Source of the DNA: Candidatus Krumholzibacteriota bacterium
Lineage (GTDB): Bacteria > Krumholzibacteriota > Krumholzibacteriia > LZORAL124-64-63
Assembly: GCA_039714075.1 (NCBI GenBank)
Contig: JBDLKA010000044.1
Location: forward strand, 1 to 26,011
Direction: 5' to 3'
DNA: 26,011 nt
In this document: positions 8,965-17,052 of the stretch, one piece after another
Numbering within the stretch: the first letter of the stretch is position 1
Layout: each line of letters starts with the position of its first letter
Notes under the pieces: generated by a model
Databases searched by the model: none
What the model saw: the letters and a program-made list of their open reading frames with translations, nothing else
Told to the model about the DNA's origin: nothing
Position numbers and translations under genes: made by a program

Positions 8965-11707
8965 CGGTGTCCCCCAATGCCTTGTCGATACGCTGCTGTT
9001 CCCGGAGCAGGGCATCCCTTTTCATGTCTTCAAGCCCCTGCACCATATCCGGGGGCCTTTCCCCCGAGCGCCTTTCCCAGGCCTCCAGCACACCCTCCGC
9101 CTCGTCCACCAGGCCGAGGGCCTTGAAGGTGTGGAACTGGAGCTGGTAATAGAACAACCGGTCCGGATTGTCGGCCACCTGCTGATCGATCCATTCGACG
9201 GCCAGATTGGTGGCCCCGCCCCCGACGATGCCGCGGATGGTGTTGTAGAGGATGCGCTCCTCGGTCTCGACCGGTACGTTGCCCTGCAACGAGCGCATGA
9301 ATTCCTTGGCCTCTTCATCCTTGTAGGCCTGCACCAGCAGCAGGGGATAGTACTCCAGCGCCAGCTCGTTGAACGGGGCGATGGCCAGGCTCGTCTCGAA
9401 GGCGACCAAGGATTTGAGCAGCAGACGCTTGTACTCGACGGTATCGGTGGGGGCCGCCTGGTTAGCCTGGACATAACATTCGTAGCCGGCGCGGTTGAGG
9501 GCGGCGGGATAGTTGCCCAGCAGATGCCGGGCGTTGGTATTGCGGAAAATCTCGGTGCGGGGCGAACCGGTCATTCCGGCCAGGCTGTCCAGATTGGACA
9601 CGGAGAGCTTTTGTTCCGGCTGGCCCAGGACCGGCATTTCGCTGTCGCTCGCCAGACCGGCCATCTGCAGATACATCCTCTGCCTGTCCGGGGTGTCCCC
9701 ATCCATCAGGGCACCCAGCCGGTAGACGCCCAATATGTTTTCCAGGACCTTCTGGGCGTCGACCCGCGGCATCCCCTCGGGTCCGGTGATGTCGGTCAGC
9801 CGGTAGGCCATCCCCTCCATCAGCATGTTGGGGTAGTAGCGGGCCATGTTCTCCTGGGGAATGGTCACCGCGAAGAACACCGGCAGCCCCGGGCCGGAAT
9901 GGTTGGTCGTGATGATGTCGTGGACCACGTAGTCCTTGATCATCAGGACCGTCCGTTCCCCGGTCTTGGGATCCTCGAAGATCCGGTGCCGCAGGGCGTC
10001 TATTTCCTCTTCATTGCGCTGCATGGCCAGGGGCTTGTCCGGGTGGTTCTTGAGCTGCTTGATGTACCAGGGCAGGTTCACCAGCGACAGGTTCACCACC
10101 GTGACGTCGGTGCGGAACTTCTCCACCTCCTGCAGATACCAGATGGGGAACGTGTCGTTGTCCCCGTTGGTGAAGATGATAGCGTCCTCGTCCAGCCCCG
10201 CCAGGATGTTCCAGGCGTATTCGTAGGCGATCGTGTTTTCGCTGTTGTCGTGCTCGAAATACTTGGTGTGTCCCGGAAAAGCGGGCACCAGCGAAATGAA
10301 CAGCAGCACCATGGCGGTCACCACGCCCAGGGGACCGATCTTCACCCGGGGAATGGCACTGCGCCAATCCAGGCCTTCGGCCTCGGCCTGGGCAGCGGAC
10401 TTGCCTTCGCCCCCCACGGCGTACCGCATCAGGGCCGACGCCCCCAGACCGATGAACACGGCGAAGAACATGAAGGCGGCAAAATAGAAGTAGTCGCGGT
10501 CGCGGACTTCATGGTCGGTGAAGTTCAGGTACAGGGTCAGGATTTCCCCGTTGATCAGGTAACTGGTCAGCGGCAGGAAAATCAGGGGCCGGATCCGGCG
10601 CAGGCCCTGGAACAATCCGACCAGGGCGAGGAAGATCGGGCCCAGGACGGTGGTGACCACCGTCAGGGTGCCCTGGCCCGGGCCCAGGAAGTAGAACTGC
10701 TTGAACAGGTAGTTGTAATAGTACCCGAACTGCCAGACCAGCGGCGCCCGGCGCTCGAAGGGATTCAACGGCGGGTACTGTTCACGCCGGATCACCGTCA
10801 TCAGGGTGTCGAAATTGTCGGGCGCGGTCTGGTTGATGAACGGCTCGGGCGTGGCCCCGGCGCGGATCAGCATCATCACGTGCACGGTCAGCCCCACGAA
10901 AAACAGGGCGCTGCCCACCAGGGCGAAGTGTTTGCCCTGGAAACTGCGCACCGCCACCACCACCACGTAGGAGACCAGGATGAGAATGACCAGGTCGTTG
11001 TCACGCGTGGCGGTCGAAAGCAGGAAAATGAAAAGGCCGGTGCTCATCAACACCAGGTCGTATACCGGCAGCTGCCGGCGGGAGGCCAACAGGACCAGGA
11101 TGAAGATTCCCGGGTAGGCCAGGATGCTGCCCAGGTGGAAACCCACACCCAGGGCCAGGAGATAGATCATCAGCAGCAGGAGATTGTTGCTGCCGGTGTG
11201 CTCGCGGTGGTCGTACCAGCGGATGGCCAACCAGGTGACCAGGGTCAGCATGAAGGCGGACAGGCCGTACACCTCGGCCTCGATGGCGTTGTTCCAGAAG
11301 GTTTCGGAAAAGGCCAGGAAGAAGGCGCCGACCAGCCCCCCGAGATGGGCCAGCCAGCCCGCGTCGGGATCGGACCTGCGGGCCAGTTCCCAGATGATCA
11401 GGTAAACCAGCACCACTGCCAGGGAACTGAAAAAGGCCGACATGAAATTGACGGCCCAGGCGGTGTTCAGCGAGGCGGTGGTCAGGTCCGCCGATCCGAA
11501 AACGATGTCGAAAACCCGGCCGACCAGGACGTACATGGGCGTGCCCGGCTGATGGGGAACCCCGACGATGTGGCTGGTGGTGATGAACTCCCCCGCGTCC
11601 CAGAACGGCGTCGTGGGATTGAGGGTGGCTATATAGACCCCCAGGGTAATCAGGAACAAAGCGGCGGAAATCAATATCTGGGGACGGCGCAGCCATTTGT
11701 CGATCAC
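8951..11707 (-). CDS. DUF2723 / TMEM260-like GT-C membrane glycosyltransferase with a C-terminal extracytoplasmic, partly TPR-like region (~918 aa)
   Basis: Probable GTG start at 11707 (AAGGTG upstream). Motifs FWDAGEFI, GVPHQPGTPMY, FSETFWNNAIEAEVY, EVRDRDYFY, IIFTNGDNDTFPIWYLQEVEKFRTDV, NLSLVNLPWYI. Confidence 0.88.
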   Translation of the reverse strand: MIDKWLRRPQILISAALFLITLGVYIATLNPTTPFWDAGEFITTSHIVGVPHQPGTPMYVLVGRVFDIVFGSADLTTASLNTAWAVNFMSAFFSSLAVVLVYLIIWELARRSDPDAGWLAHLGGLVGAFFLAFSETFWNNAIEAEVYGLSAFMLTLVTWLAIRWYDHREHTGSNNLLLLMIYLLALGVGFHLGSILAYPGIFILVLLASRRQLPVYDLVLMSTGLFIFLLSTATRDNDLVILILVSYVVVVAVRSFQGKHFALVGSALFFVGLTVHVMMLIRAGATPEPFINQTAPDNFDTLMTVIRREQYPPLNPFERRAPLVWQFGYYYNYLFKQFYFLGPGQGTLTVVTTVLGPIFLALVGLFQGLRRIRPLIFLPLTSYLINGEILTLYLNFTDHEVRDRDYFYFAAFMFFAVFIGLGASALMRYAVGGEGKSAAQAEAEGLDWRSAIPRVKIGPLGVVTAMVLLFISLVPAFPGHTKYFEHDNSENTIAYEYAWNILAGLDEDAIIFTNGDNDTFPIWYLQEVEKFRTDVTVVNLSLVNLPWYIKQLKNHPDKPLAMQRNEEEIDALRHRIFEDPKTGERTVLMIKDYVVHDIITTNHSGPGLPVFFAVTIPQENMARYYPNMLMEGMAYRLTDITGPEGMPRVDAQKVLENILGVYRLGALMDGDTPDRQRMYLQMAGLASDSEMPVLGQPEQKLSVSNLDSLAGMTGSPRTEIFRNTNARHLLGNYPAALNRAGYECYVQANQAAPTDTVEYKRLLLKSLVAFETSLAIAPFNELALEYYPLLLVQAYKDEEAKEFMRSLQGNVPVETEERILYNTIRGIVGGGATNLAVEWIDQQVADNPDRLFYYQLQFHTFKALGLVDEAEGVLEAWERRSGERPPDMVQGLEDMKRDALLREQQRIDKALGDTDGGN

Positions 11708-11779
11708 GACATCACCTTCACTCGGGGTTGGCGGGATATGCGGTAACAGGCCCAGGACCGGGCCGTGAAAATCCATCGT

Positions 11780-11808
11780 AAACTAACACACCCGGTTAGC
11801 AGCAACAA
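11780..11808 (-). promoter_or_regulatory. Putative internal sigma70 promoter for the DUF2723 gene
   Basis: TTGTTG-N17-TAGTTT with an extended TG, in an AT-richer intergenic gap. It has the same -10 hexamer as the rib promoter. Confidence 0.55.
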
Positions 11809-11820
11809 CAATTGGGTTCC

Positions 11821-12831
11821 CTAGTTCCCGGTTCTTGAGGACCGGCCCCAATTTCCGAGCCACAACAGGATACCGCCCTGCAGGCTGAACACCACCTGCA
11901 CCAGATAGGCGGCCACTTCCATGGCCACCGCCTGCCCCTCGCCCAGGCCCGCATGGGTCAGAAGCCTGGCCGACACCGATTCCCGCAGGCCGATGCCGTT
12001 GATCGTCACCGGCAGGGTCAGACTGATGGCCAGCACGGGGATGAGAACCAGCAGTTGCAGGGCCTGATCCCAGCCCAGGGAAAAACCCAGTCCCAGGGCC
12101 ACCAGCAGATGGGTGGACAGGCGCAGGAACTGAACCCCCAGACTGAAAAGGAAGATCCCGTTCAGCCAGCGCACCTTGGGACGGTAAAGCCCGAATTCAT
12201 CGGTGATCTTTTCCAGCTGCCCCGCAAGTTTGACCATCTTCAGCCGCAGAAACAACCCGGGCAGCTGCCGGCCGATCCGGCGCGACAAGAGGAAAGCCAG
12301 CGTCAGGGCCAGGATCACCAGGACGGGAATCAGAAGGAGGACGGAAACCGGCAAGGGAATTTCGGCGACCGAAACCACCGTCAGGACCAGGACCCCCAGC
12401 GAGGTCAAGGCGCTCAGGCCGATCAGGCGGTCCAGCAGGGTGGCGCAGAAAACCCCGTGGGGACGACCCTCCTTGCGACCCAGGTCGACGATCTTGTAGG
12501 CGTCCCCCCCGATGTTGGCGGGCAGGAAATTATTGAAGAACAGGCCGATAAAATACAGGCGCCGGATCTCGCGGGGCGGAGCCGAAATCCCGGCCACCCT
12601 CAGGATCCAGGACCACTGCAGGGCGCCCCCGAAGGCCGACAATCCGTAAACGACGAAGGAGGCCGTCAGCCAGCCCCAGTGGGGGCTTTCCATGGCCAGG
12701 CGAATCTCGGTCAGGGTCATGCGTTTCAGCAGGAAACCGATCAGGACCCCGCTGACGGTCAGCTTGGCGAGAAAAATCAGGACCTTGCCGGTCCGCCCCC
12801 GGGCGGCCTCGTTTTCCGGGGCCGTGTTCAT
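11821..12831 (-). CDS. LPG_synthase_TM / UPF0104 flippase-like membrane protein
   Basis: Motifs YFIGLFFNNFLPANIGGDAYK, LLDRLIGL, LPVTINGIGLRE. Multiple TM helices and an ATGA overlap with the GT4 gene. Confidence 0.88.
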   Translation of the reverse strand: MNTAPENEAARGRTGKVLIFLAKLTVSGVLIGFLLKRMTLTEIRLAMESPHWGWLTASFVVYGLSAFGGALQWSWILRVAGISAPPREIRRLYFIGLFFNNFLPANIGGDAYKIVDLGRKEGRPHGVFCATLLDRLIGLSALTSLGVLVLTVVSVAEIPLPVSVLLLIPVLVILALTLAFLLSRRIGRQLPGLFLRLKMVKLAGQLEKITDEFGLYRPKVRWLNGIFLFSLGVQFLRLSTHLLVALGLGFSLGWDQALQLLVLIPVLAISLTLPVTINGIGLRESVSARLLTHAGLGEGQAVAMEVAAYLVQVVFSLQGGILLWLGNWGRSSRTGN

Positions 12832-13961
12832 GGGGTCGCTCCCCGGCCGCGCCGGTCGGCCACCTCACGGAACAGTTCCAGGGATTCGGCGACACAACGG
12901 GGCCAGCTGAAAGTGCCCGCCCACTCCCTGGCCGCCGCGCTGCGTGCGGCGAAAAGGGCGGGATCCCGCAAAATCTTCAGGGCTTCACCGGCAAAGGCCT
13001 CCGCATTTCCATAGGGCACCAGCGAGCCGGTGATCCCGTCGCGGACGGAATCCTTCAGGCCGGGCCGGTCACTGGCCACCACCGGCAGGCCGCACTGATT
13101 GGCTTCGACCACCGTCAGCCCCCAGCCCTCCTTGGGACTCGGATTCAGGAAAACGTGACACCGGTGCAGCGAAGCGACCAGTTCGTCCCAGGGTTGGAAG
13201 CCCCGGAATTCGATCTTGTCCTGCAGGCCCAGCTTGCGGACCAGGTTCTGCAGGCGGGATTCGTCGGGGCCGCGGCCCATGATCAGCATCCGGGCGGCCG
13301 GCATCTCGCGCTGGATCAGATCGAAGGCCCGGATGGCCACGTCGATGCTCTTGTAGCGGCGCAGCCGGCTCCAACTGACGACCAGAGGGGTTTCGCTGCG
13401 CGGCGGCGGGTCGGCCAGGCTGAACTTCTCGTGCTCCAGTCCGCAGTAGATGGTCCTGATGCGCGCCCCGTCCATCCCGCGGGCGATCAGGTCGTCACGT
13501 GTCGAGGGGCTGATCACCTCGAAGTCCACGTCCCGGTAGATGCGCGGGATCAGGCTTTCGGCGCCGTAGACGTAACTGGCCGTCAGCGGATTGGCTTCCC
13601 GGTACACCGTCTTGCCGAACAGATGGGGAACGACGGCCACCAGGGGCACGTCGCCACGATAAAGGGGCGTGTAGAAGGGGATCTTGTTGATGTCCTCGAC
13701 CAGCAGGTCGTAATGGCCGTTCTTCAACAGCCGCCTGACCACCGGCGGCAAGGTGAAATTGGCCACCGCCCAGTGACCATGGCGGTGGATGTTGATCCCG
13801 TCGATGACGTCGTGCCGCGGCGCGCCCCGGTAGCCGGCGCAGACCAGATCGACGTCCCAGCCGGCGGCCACCGCCCCTTTGAGGATATGGTGCAGATGAA
13901 GCTCCGCCCCACCCCCGAGAGGATCACGGATGTCGCGCCAGTTGACCGCCAGGATCTTCAG
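12828..13961 (-). CDS. GT4 family glycosyltransferase (GT-B fold)
   Basis: Motifs KILAVNWRDI...GGAE, SRLRRYKS, PSPKEGWGLTVVEANQCGLPVVASDRPGLKDSVRDGITG. The apparent start is CTG 13961 (GGAGG 7 nt upstream, CTGA overlap with the methyltransferase stop). Confidence 0.88.
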   Translation of the reverse strand: MKILAVNWRDIRDPLGGGAELHLHHILKGAVAAGWDVDLVCAGYRGAPRHDVIDGINIHRHGHWAVANFTLPPVVRRLLKNGHYDLLVEDINKIPFYTPLYRGDVPLVAVVPHLFGKTVYREANPLTASYVYGAESLIPRIYRDVDFEVISPSTRDDLIARGMDGARIRTIYCGLEHEKFSLADPPPRSETPLVVSWSRLRRYKSIDVAIRAFDLIQREMPAARMLIMGRGPDESRLQNLVRKLGLQDKIEFRGFQPWDELVASLHRCHVFLNPSPKEGWGLTVVEANQCGLPVVASDRPGLKDSVRDGITGSLVPYGNAEAFAGEALKILRDPALFAARSAAAREWAGTFSWPRCVAESLELFREVADRRGRGATP

Positions 13962-14764
13962 GACACAGCCTCCGGCTTGCGGGCGATCACCCCGATGGTG
14001 GGCGTGGTGTAGAGGGACAGCCGGGTTTTCCCGAACGCGCGGCGCCAGGCCTCGCCCAGGCGGGCCAGCGGCGGAATCGGCTCGGGGTTCATGGGGAGCC
14101 TGCGGCCCGTCCTGGTCAGAATGACTTTGCGCAGGGCGCGGTACCACAGCCCCGGCACCATCCAGTCGCCGTAGCTGCGGGTGATCTCCAGGTTTTCGGC
14201 CACCATCATCTTTTCGAGTTCGGCGATGGTGAATTCCGTTTCCCACCCCGCGAACCATTTGTCTATGGCGATGAGGAATTTCTTGCCCAGGGTGTAGTAG
14301 TGGAAGGTCTGGGGCACGTCGATCACCAGGTGGCCCCCGGGCTTGAGCACGCGGATGTTGTCACGCAGCAGCGGCAACGGATCGGGGAAATGTTCCAGCA
14401 GGCCCTGGTGGAACACCACGTCGAAAGTCCCGTCGGCAAACGGCATGGATGTGCCGTCGCCGCAGACCGGAACCACGGTCACGCCGGACATGTCCGCCGC
14501 CTTGATGGTCAGTCCCAGCGAGCCGGGGACGTAGTCGAGGGTCAGGACCTCGGCGCCCGCCCGGGCCAGGGTCACCGCGTCGCGGCCGGTGCCCGCCCCC
14601 ACTTCCAGGATCCGATTGCCCGCCAGGCTGCCGCCGTCCTCGAAACCGAAAATGCCGGTGATCTCCCGCACCATGCGCCCGTCGGTGCCGTACACGTCCG
14701 CCAGGTCGAGGTTGTCCGCCTCTTCCCAGAATTTCTGCCAATGTTCGGGGGTGGATACTCTCAC
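13958..14764 (-). CDS. Class I SAM-dependent methyltransferase
   Basis: Motif I ILEVGAGTGRD, then MPFADGTFDVVFHQGLLEHF and RVLKPGG. GTGA overlap with the nusB stop. Confidence 0.9.
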   Translation of the reverse strand: MRVSTPEHWQKFWEEADNLDLADVYGTDGRMVREITGIFGFEDGGSLAGNRILEVGAGTGRDAVTLARAGAEVLTLDYVPGSLGLTIKAADMSGVTVVPVCGDGTSMPFADGTFDVVFHQGLLEHFPDPLPLLRDNIRVLKPGGHLVIDVPQTFHYYTLGKKFLIAIDKWFAGWETEFTIAELEKMMVAENLEITRSYGDWMVPGLWYRALRKVILTRTGRRLPMNPEPIPPLARLGEAWRRAFGKTRLSLYTTPTIGVIARKPEAVS

Positions 14765-15228
14765 GAATCATCCTTGCCGCCGGGCGGCTCATCGGTGGCG
14801 GCATCCGTTCCGGCATTTCCGGGGTAGACCTGCTTTGCGGCCTGGTCCAGAACCCCGTTGACGAATCCGACCGCACCGTCCTCGCAGTAGCGGTGGGCCA
14901 TTTCACAGGCTTCGTTGATGACGACCTTGAAGGGAACATCGGGACTGTGTTTCAGCTCGGCCAGACCCATGGTCAGGATCACGATCTCCAGGGAACCCAA
15001 TCGCGAGGGATCCCAGTTGCTGCTGACCAGGGAGTTCAACCACCGGTCCAGGTCCGCGGCGTTTTCCTTGACCTTGCCGGCCAGATCGCGTGCGAATTCC
15101 GTGGTCTCGTCAGCCGATTCCCGCCGGGTCAGCTGGTCGTCCAGCGTGTCGATCAGGTCGGCGCCGCTGATCAGCGACGCGTACATCGACTGCAGAACGA
15201 TTTCCCGGCCTTTCCTGCGTTTGCCCAC
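14761..15228 (-). CDS. nusB: Transcription antitermination factor NusB
   Basis: Basic N-terminus KRRKGREIVLQSMY, then NWDPSRL, VPFKVVINEACEMAHRY, FVNGVLD. 155 aa, close to ribH. Confidence 0.93.
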   Translation of the reverse strand: MGKRRKGREIVLQSMYASLISGADLIDTLDDQLTRRESADETTEFARDLAGKVKENAADLDRWLNSLVSSNWDPSRLGSLEIVILTMGLAELKHSPDVPFKVVINEACEMAHRYCEDGAVGFVNGVLDQAAKQVYPGNAGTDAATDEPPGGKDDS

Positions 15229-15240
15229 GCGCTATTCCCC

Positions 15241-15251
15241 TGTCAAAGATC
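15241..15251 (-). promoter_or_regulatory. boxA-like element directly abutting the nusB Shine-Dalgarno sequence
   Basis: Minus strand reads GATCTTTGACA-GGGGAA-tagcgc-GTG. This resembles the boxA consensus (E. coli rrn TGCTCTTTAACA). Confidence 0.55.
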
Positions 15252-15340
15252 GGATGGGAGGAAATGCCCCGATTCCCGGAAGGTTCCCGAAATCAGGCCT
15301 GGATCAAGCGAAAAGGGGAAGACGATGCCTTCCCCGGACA

Positions 15341-15369
15341 AGTTTAACCGGGCGGGACCCAAAAAGCAA
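15341..15369 (-). promoter_or_regulatory. Putative sigma70 promoter of the nusB-glycosylation operon
   Basis: TTGCTT-N17-TAAACT. Confidence 0.6.
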
Positions 15370-15418
15370 CAGGCCGCGCCCCGCCGGGACCGGCCCCGGC
15401 GGCACCAGCGGCCCGGTC

Positions 15419-15447
15419 TTGTCCGGTGGTCCGTTTTACCCTAAGGT
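15419..15447 (+). promoter_or_regulatory. Putative sigma70 promoter of the plus-strand GT-C gene
   Basis: TTGTCC-N17-TAAGGT, divergent from the nusB promoter. Confidence 0.5.
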
Positions 15448-15453
15448 GGCCCC

Positions 15454-17052
15454 GTGGTAATGACAACCCTCTCTTCAGCCCGGCGCCGGCGGTCCATGGC
15501 AAACAGTGCAAATCCCGGATGGTCGCTCCGCCAACGAACCGTGCTGGCCGCACTGCTGCTCGGGTCGTTGATCTTCATCTGCCTGCGGTTCGGCGAATTC
15601 CCCGTCGGCGCGGGCATGGACGACGCCTACTACATAGAAATGGCCCGCTCGGTGGCCGAAGGCCGTGGCCCCGTCATCCACCTCAACGATACCACCCCCG
15701 GCTGGCGGCCGGACATCTTTCCCCTGGGTTTTCCCCTGCTGTTGAGCCCGCTGGCCCGGCTGGCGCCGGACTCGGTCGGCATCTTCAAACTGATCCCCCT
15801 GCTGGCGCTGGCCGCCCTGATCCCGATCTGCCTGGGGATGGTTCGTCCCGCGGGCGTGGGCCGCGGTTTGGCCCTGGTCGCTCTGGTCGGCCTGAACCCC
15901 TGGGTGATCGCCTATGCGGCCCGGGTGTTCAGCGACCTGCCTTTCACCGCGGTTTCCCTCGCGGCGGTGCTGCTGTTCCTGAAGCTGGACGGCGACAAGC
16001 GGCCCGGCGCCCGGCGGTTCGTCGCCCTGGTGGTGGTCACCGGGGCCGCGGTCATGATCCGTTCGATCGGCCTGGCCCTGGTCGTGGCCATGCTGGTCCA
16101 CTGGTCATTCCGTCGGCAATGGCGCCGCGCCCTGGTTTTCGCCTTCGGTGTGGCGATGGTTCTGCTCCCCCACGCCCTGGTCAGCGAGGGCCAGGGAGGA
16201 GGCCTGATCACCCGCAGTTATCTGGACCAGGTGTGGGGCGGGGACGGTCCGGGCGCCGACAGGTTTTCCCTGGTGACCGGAAACCTGGTGGGATACCTGA
16301 AGGAGCTGCCGGTAATCCTGTTGCCGGTGTTCGGGAATTCCCTGGAGAGTCTCGCGGCGCGCGCCGGACTGGGCGCCATGGGCGGACCGGTGCAATTGAT
16401 CCTCGGTCTCGCGCTGTTATCCGGGTTGGTGTGGGGACTTGTCGCCTGTGCCCGCACCGACCGGAACAGATCCCGTTTCCTGGCGATCTACCTGGTCGTC
16501 TACGGCAGTGTCCTGCTCAACTTTTCGGGCTACCCGTCCGGGGTACAACCTCGCCTGCTGCTGCCGGTCCTCCCCCTTTTCTACTTGCTGTTGCTGACGG
16601 CCGGTGACCGCCTGCCCCCCGACCGGCGCAGACTGGTCATCTGGCCTGCGGTTATCCTGGTGTGCACCCTTTCGCTCGGCCACAACATCTACCGGGTCGC
16701 GCGCCCCCTGAACGCGGCCACGTCGCCCTCGGGCCGGGTTTTCATCGACCCGCAAACCGGTTCCGACTGGATCAGGAAAAACACCGACCCCTCCGCCTTG
16801 ATCATGACGCGTTGGCCCCTGCGGCAGCACATCCATTTTTTGCGTCCGGTGACGGGATATGGAACAGAGGGAGCCGCTGATTGGACCGCACGGATCAACA
16901 GATACCAGGTGGACTACATTTTTCTGGATTCCACGGGTCCCGGTGCGAACGGACTGGAGGCCTGGCTCGCGGCGGAGCCTGAACAATTCCCGCGCCTCTA
17001 CCATGAGCCCGCATCCGGGGCCATGGTTTTCAGGGTTGTGAAAAACCCCTGA
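15454..17052 (+). CDS. ArnT/PMT-like GT-C membrane glycosyltransferase
   Basis: First TM helix followed by DDAYYIEMARSVAEGRG and FPLGFPLLL, then VFSDLPF, IRSIG, PRLLLPVLP, and a soluble tail SDWIRKNTDPSALIM...VDYIF. Start uncertain (15454, 15460 or 15496). Confidence 0.8.
   Translation: MVMTTLSSARRRRSMANSANPGWSLRQRTVLAALLLGSLIFICLRFGEFPVGAGMDDAYYIEMARSVAEGRGPVIHLNDTTPGWRPDIFPLGFPLLLSPLARLAPDSVGIFKLIPLLALAALIPICLGMVRPAGVGRGLALVALVGLNPWVIAYAARVFSDLPFTAVSLAAVLLFLKLDGDKRPGARRFVALVVVTGAAVMIRSIGLALVVAMLVHWSFRRQWRRALVFAFGVAMVLLPHALVSEGQGGGLITRSYLDQVWGGDGPGADRFSLVTGNLVGYLKELPVILLPVFGNSLESLAARAGLGAMGGPVQLILGLALLSGLVWGLVACARTDRNRSRFLAIYLVVYGSVLLNFSGYPSGVQPRLLLPVLPLFYLLLLTAGDRLPPDRRRLVIWPAVILVCTLSLGHNIYRVARPLNAATSPSGRVFIDPQTGSDWIRKNTDPSALIMTRWPLRQHIHFLRPVTGYGTEGAADWTARINRYQVDYIFLDSTGPGANGLEAWLAAEPEQFPRLYHEPASGAMVFRVVKNP

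Noticed and set aside
8849..11746. 965-aa plus-strand ORF, and similar long antisense ORFs (411-2483, 3390-5048, 18359-20398, 20317-22449, 22936-24552)
   Set aside because: These are antisense shadows of well-supported minus-strand genes, expected at high GC3. They have no recognisable motifs.
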